The position numbers and the translations under genes were made by a program. This document shows, one piece after another, positions 63,239-64,000 of a DNA stretch of 64,000 nucleotides. Below the pieces are notes generated by a model. It had not been told where the DNA came from. It saw nothing but the letters and a program-made list of their open reading frames with translations, and ran no database searches. This stretch comes from Thermodesulfobacteriota bacterium (GTDB lineage: Bacteria; Desulfobacterota_D; UBA1144; Nemesobacterales; JAJCZQ01): the NCBI GenBank assembly GCA_965215275.1, contig OZ244044.1, positions 179,679 to 243,678 on the forward strand, read 5' to 3'. Each line of letters starts with the position of its first letter. Positions within the stretch are counted from its first letter, which is position 1.

Positions 63239-63655
63239 CTATCCTATATTGATACCCATGCTCCTTGCAGTACCTTCTACGATCTTACAGGCTGCTTCCG
63301 GATCGCTGGTGTTCAGATCTTTCAATTTGATCTTTGCTATCTCCATTATCTGCTCTTTACTTACCGAACCGACCTTTACTCGCGGCACATGGCTTGAACC
63401 TTTTTCTATCTTTGCGGCTTTTTTCAGCAAATAAGAAACTGGTGGTGTTCTTATCTCAAAGGTGAACGACCTGTCGGCATATACCGTGACCACCACGGGC
63501 ATTAATCCCTGACCGTTGGAGGTCTGAGCGTTGAACGCTTTACAGAACTCCATTATGTTCACGCCCTTCTGACCCAGTGCAGGTCCGACCGGAGGTGATG
63601 GCGTTGCCTTACCCGCTTCGATCAGCAGCTTTAAATATCCTTCTATTTTTTTCAT
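63239..63655 (-). CDS. rplK: 50S ribosomal protein L11
   Basis: PPVGPALGQ motif. Confidence 0.95.
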   Translation of the reverse strand: MKKIEGYLKLLIEAGKATPSPPVGPALGQKGVNIMEFCKAFNAQTSNGQGLMPVVVTVYADRSFTFEIRTPPVSYLLKKAAKIEKGSSHVPRVKVGSVSKEQIMEIAKIKLKDLNTSDPEAACKIVEGTARSMGINIG

Positions 63656-64000
63656 TAAACTTTTTCTACCTGGCTGAAATCCAGTTCTATTGGGGTTGTT
63701 CTTCCAAAAATAGTAACGGAGACCTGAACTTTTCCCTTATCGGGGTTTATCTCCTCAATGGTCCCGGAGAAACTTGCAAACGGACCCTCTGTTACTTTTA
63801 CCGTTTCACCTCTTTCAAATGCGATCTTCGGCTTTGGTTTTAACGTCCCTTCTCTTATATGTGTCTTTATTGCTGCTATCTCAGCTTCATCTATATCGGG
63901 AACGGACCCGGAGTTGATCGTTCCATCCACCACGTCACCGCCTACGAACCCAATGACCTTTGGTATGCTCCTGATAAAGTGCCATGTTTCCTCGTCCAGC
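63655..64000 (-). CDS. nusG: Transcription termination/antitermination factor NusG, 3' portion; the N-terminus lies beyond the window end
   Basis: KOW domain; the frame continues to the window edge. Confidence 0.85.
   Translation of the reverse strand, partial: LDEETWHFIRSIPKVIGFVGGDVVDGTINSGSVPDIDEAEIAAIKTHIREGTLKPKPKIAFERGETVKVTEGPFASFSGTIEEINPDKGKVQVSVTIFGRTTPIELDFSQVEKV

Overview
Bacterial chromosomal window of about 40% GC, mostly housekeeping genes. Conserved blocks are dnaJ (5' partial), thrC, ileS, a pyruvate dehydrogenase operon (aceE-E2-lpdA), a second lpd next to lipB, rdgB, pyrG, an RNase II/R-family gene, pdxH, nfo, recN, proA, cysC, ndk, mtaB-like, mnmA, purL, purF, valS, and the nusG-rplKAJL-rpoBC cluster. 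I saw no rRNA, tRNA or CRISPR array.

The accessory content is a family of large kexin-like (S8B) subtilase-type surface proteins, present as two full paralogs and one decayed remnant. The two full genes (1296..4688 + and 24241..26694 -) share a common 5' architecture: a promoter-proximal poly-C tract, a TTGACC-17-TA..T promoter, an ATG, four codons, then a second poly-C tract placed immediately before the signal peptide. In both genes the ATG is out of frame at the sequenced tract lengths, C10 and C12 on their respective coding strands. That is the signature of slipped-strand phase variation. Both proteins lack the catalytic His and one also lacks the catalytic Ser. Both end in a Gly/Cys motif-TM-RRKRR C-terminal sorting-type signal, and they carry different numbers of He_PIG/cadherin-like repeats (6 vs 1). 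A decayed 3' remnant of a third paralog lies at about 32.5-32.9 kb.

Other notable items:
- rpoB contains an in-frame L7/L12 C-terminal-domain-like insertion derived from the adjacent rplL.
- rpoB also carries a duplicated N-terminal segment.
- Two different TnpB-only IS elements with terminal inverted repeats flank lpd-lipB-lipoprotein.
- A thrC plus MoaD-like sulfur-carrier pair.
- A G-quadruplex-like poly-G tract between two convergent genes.
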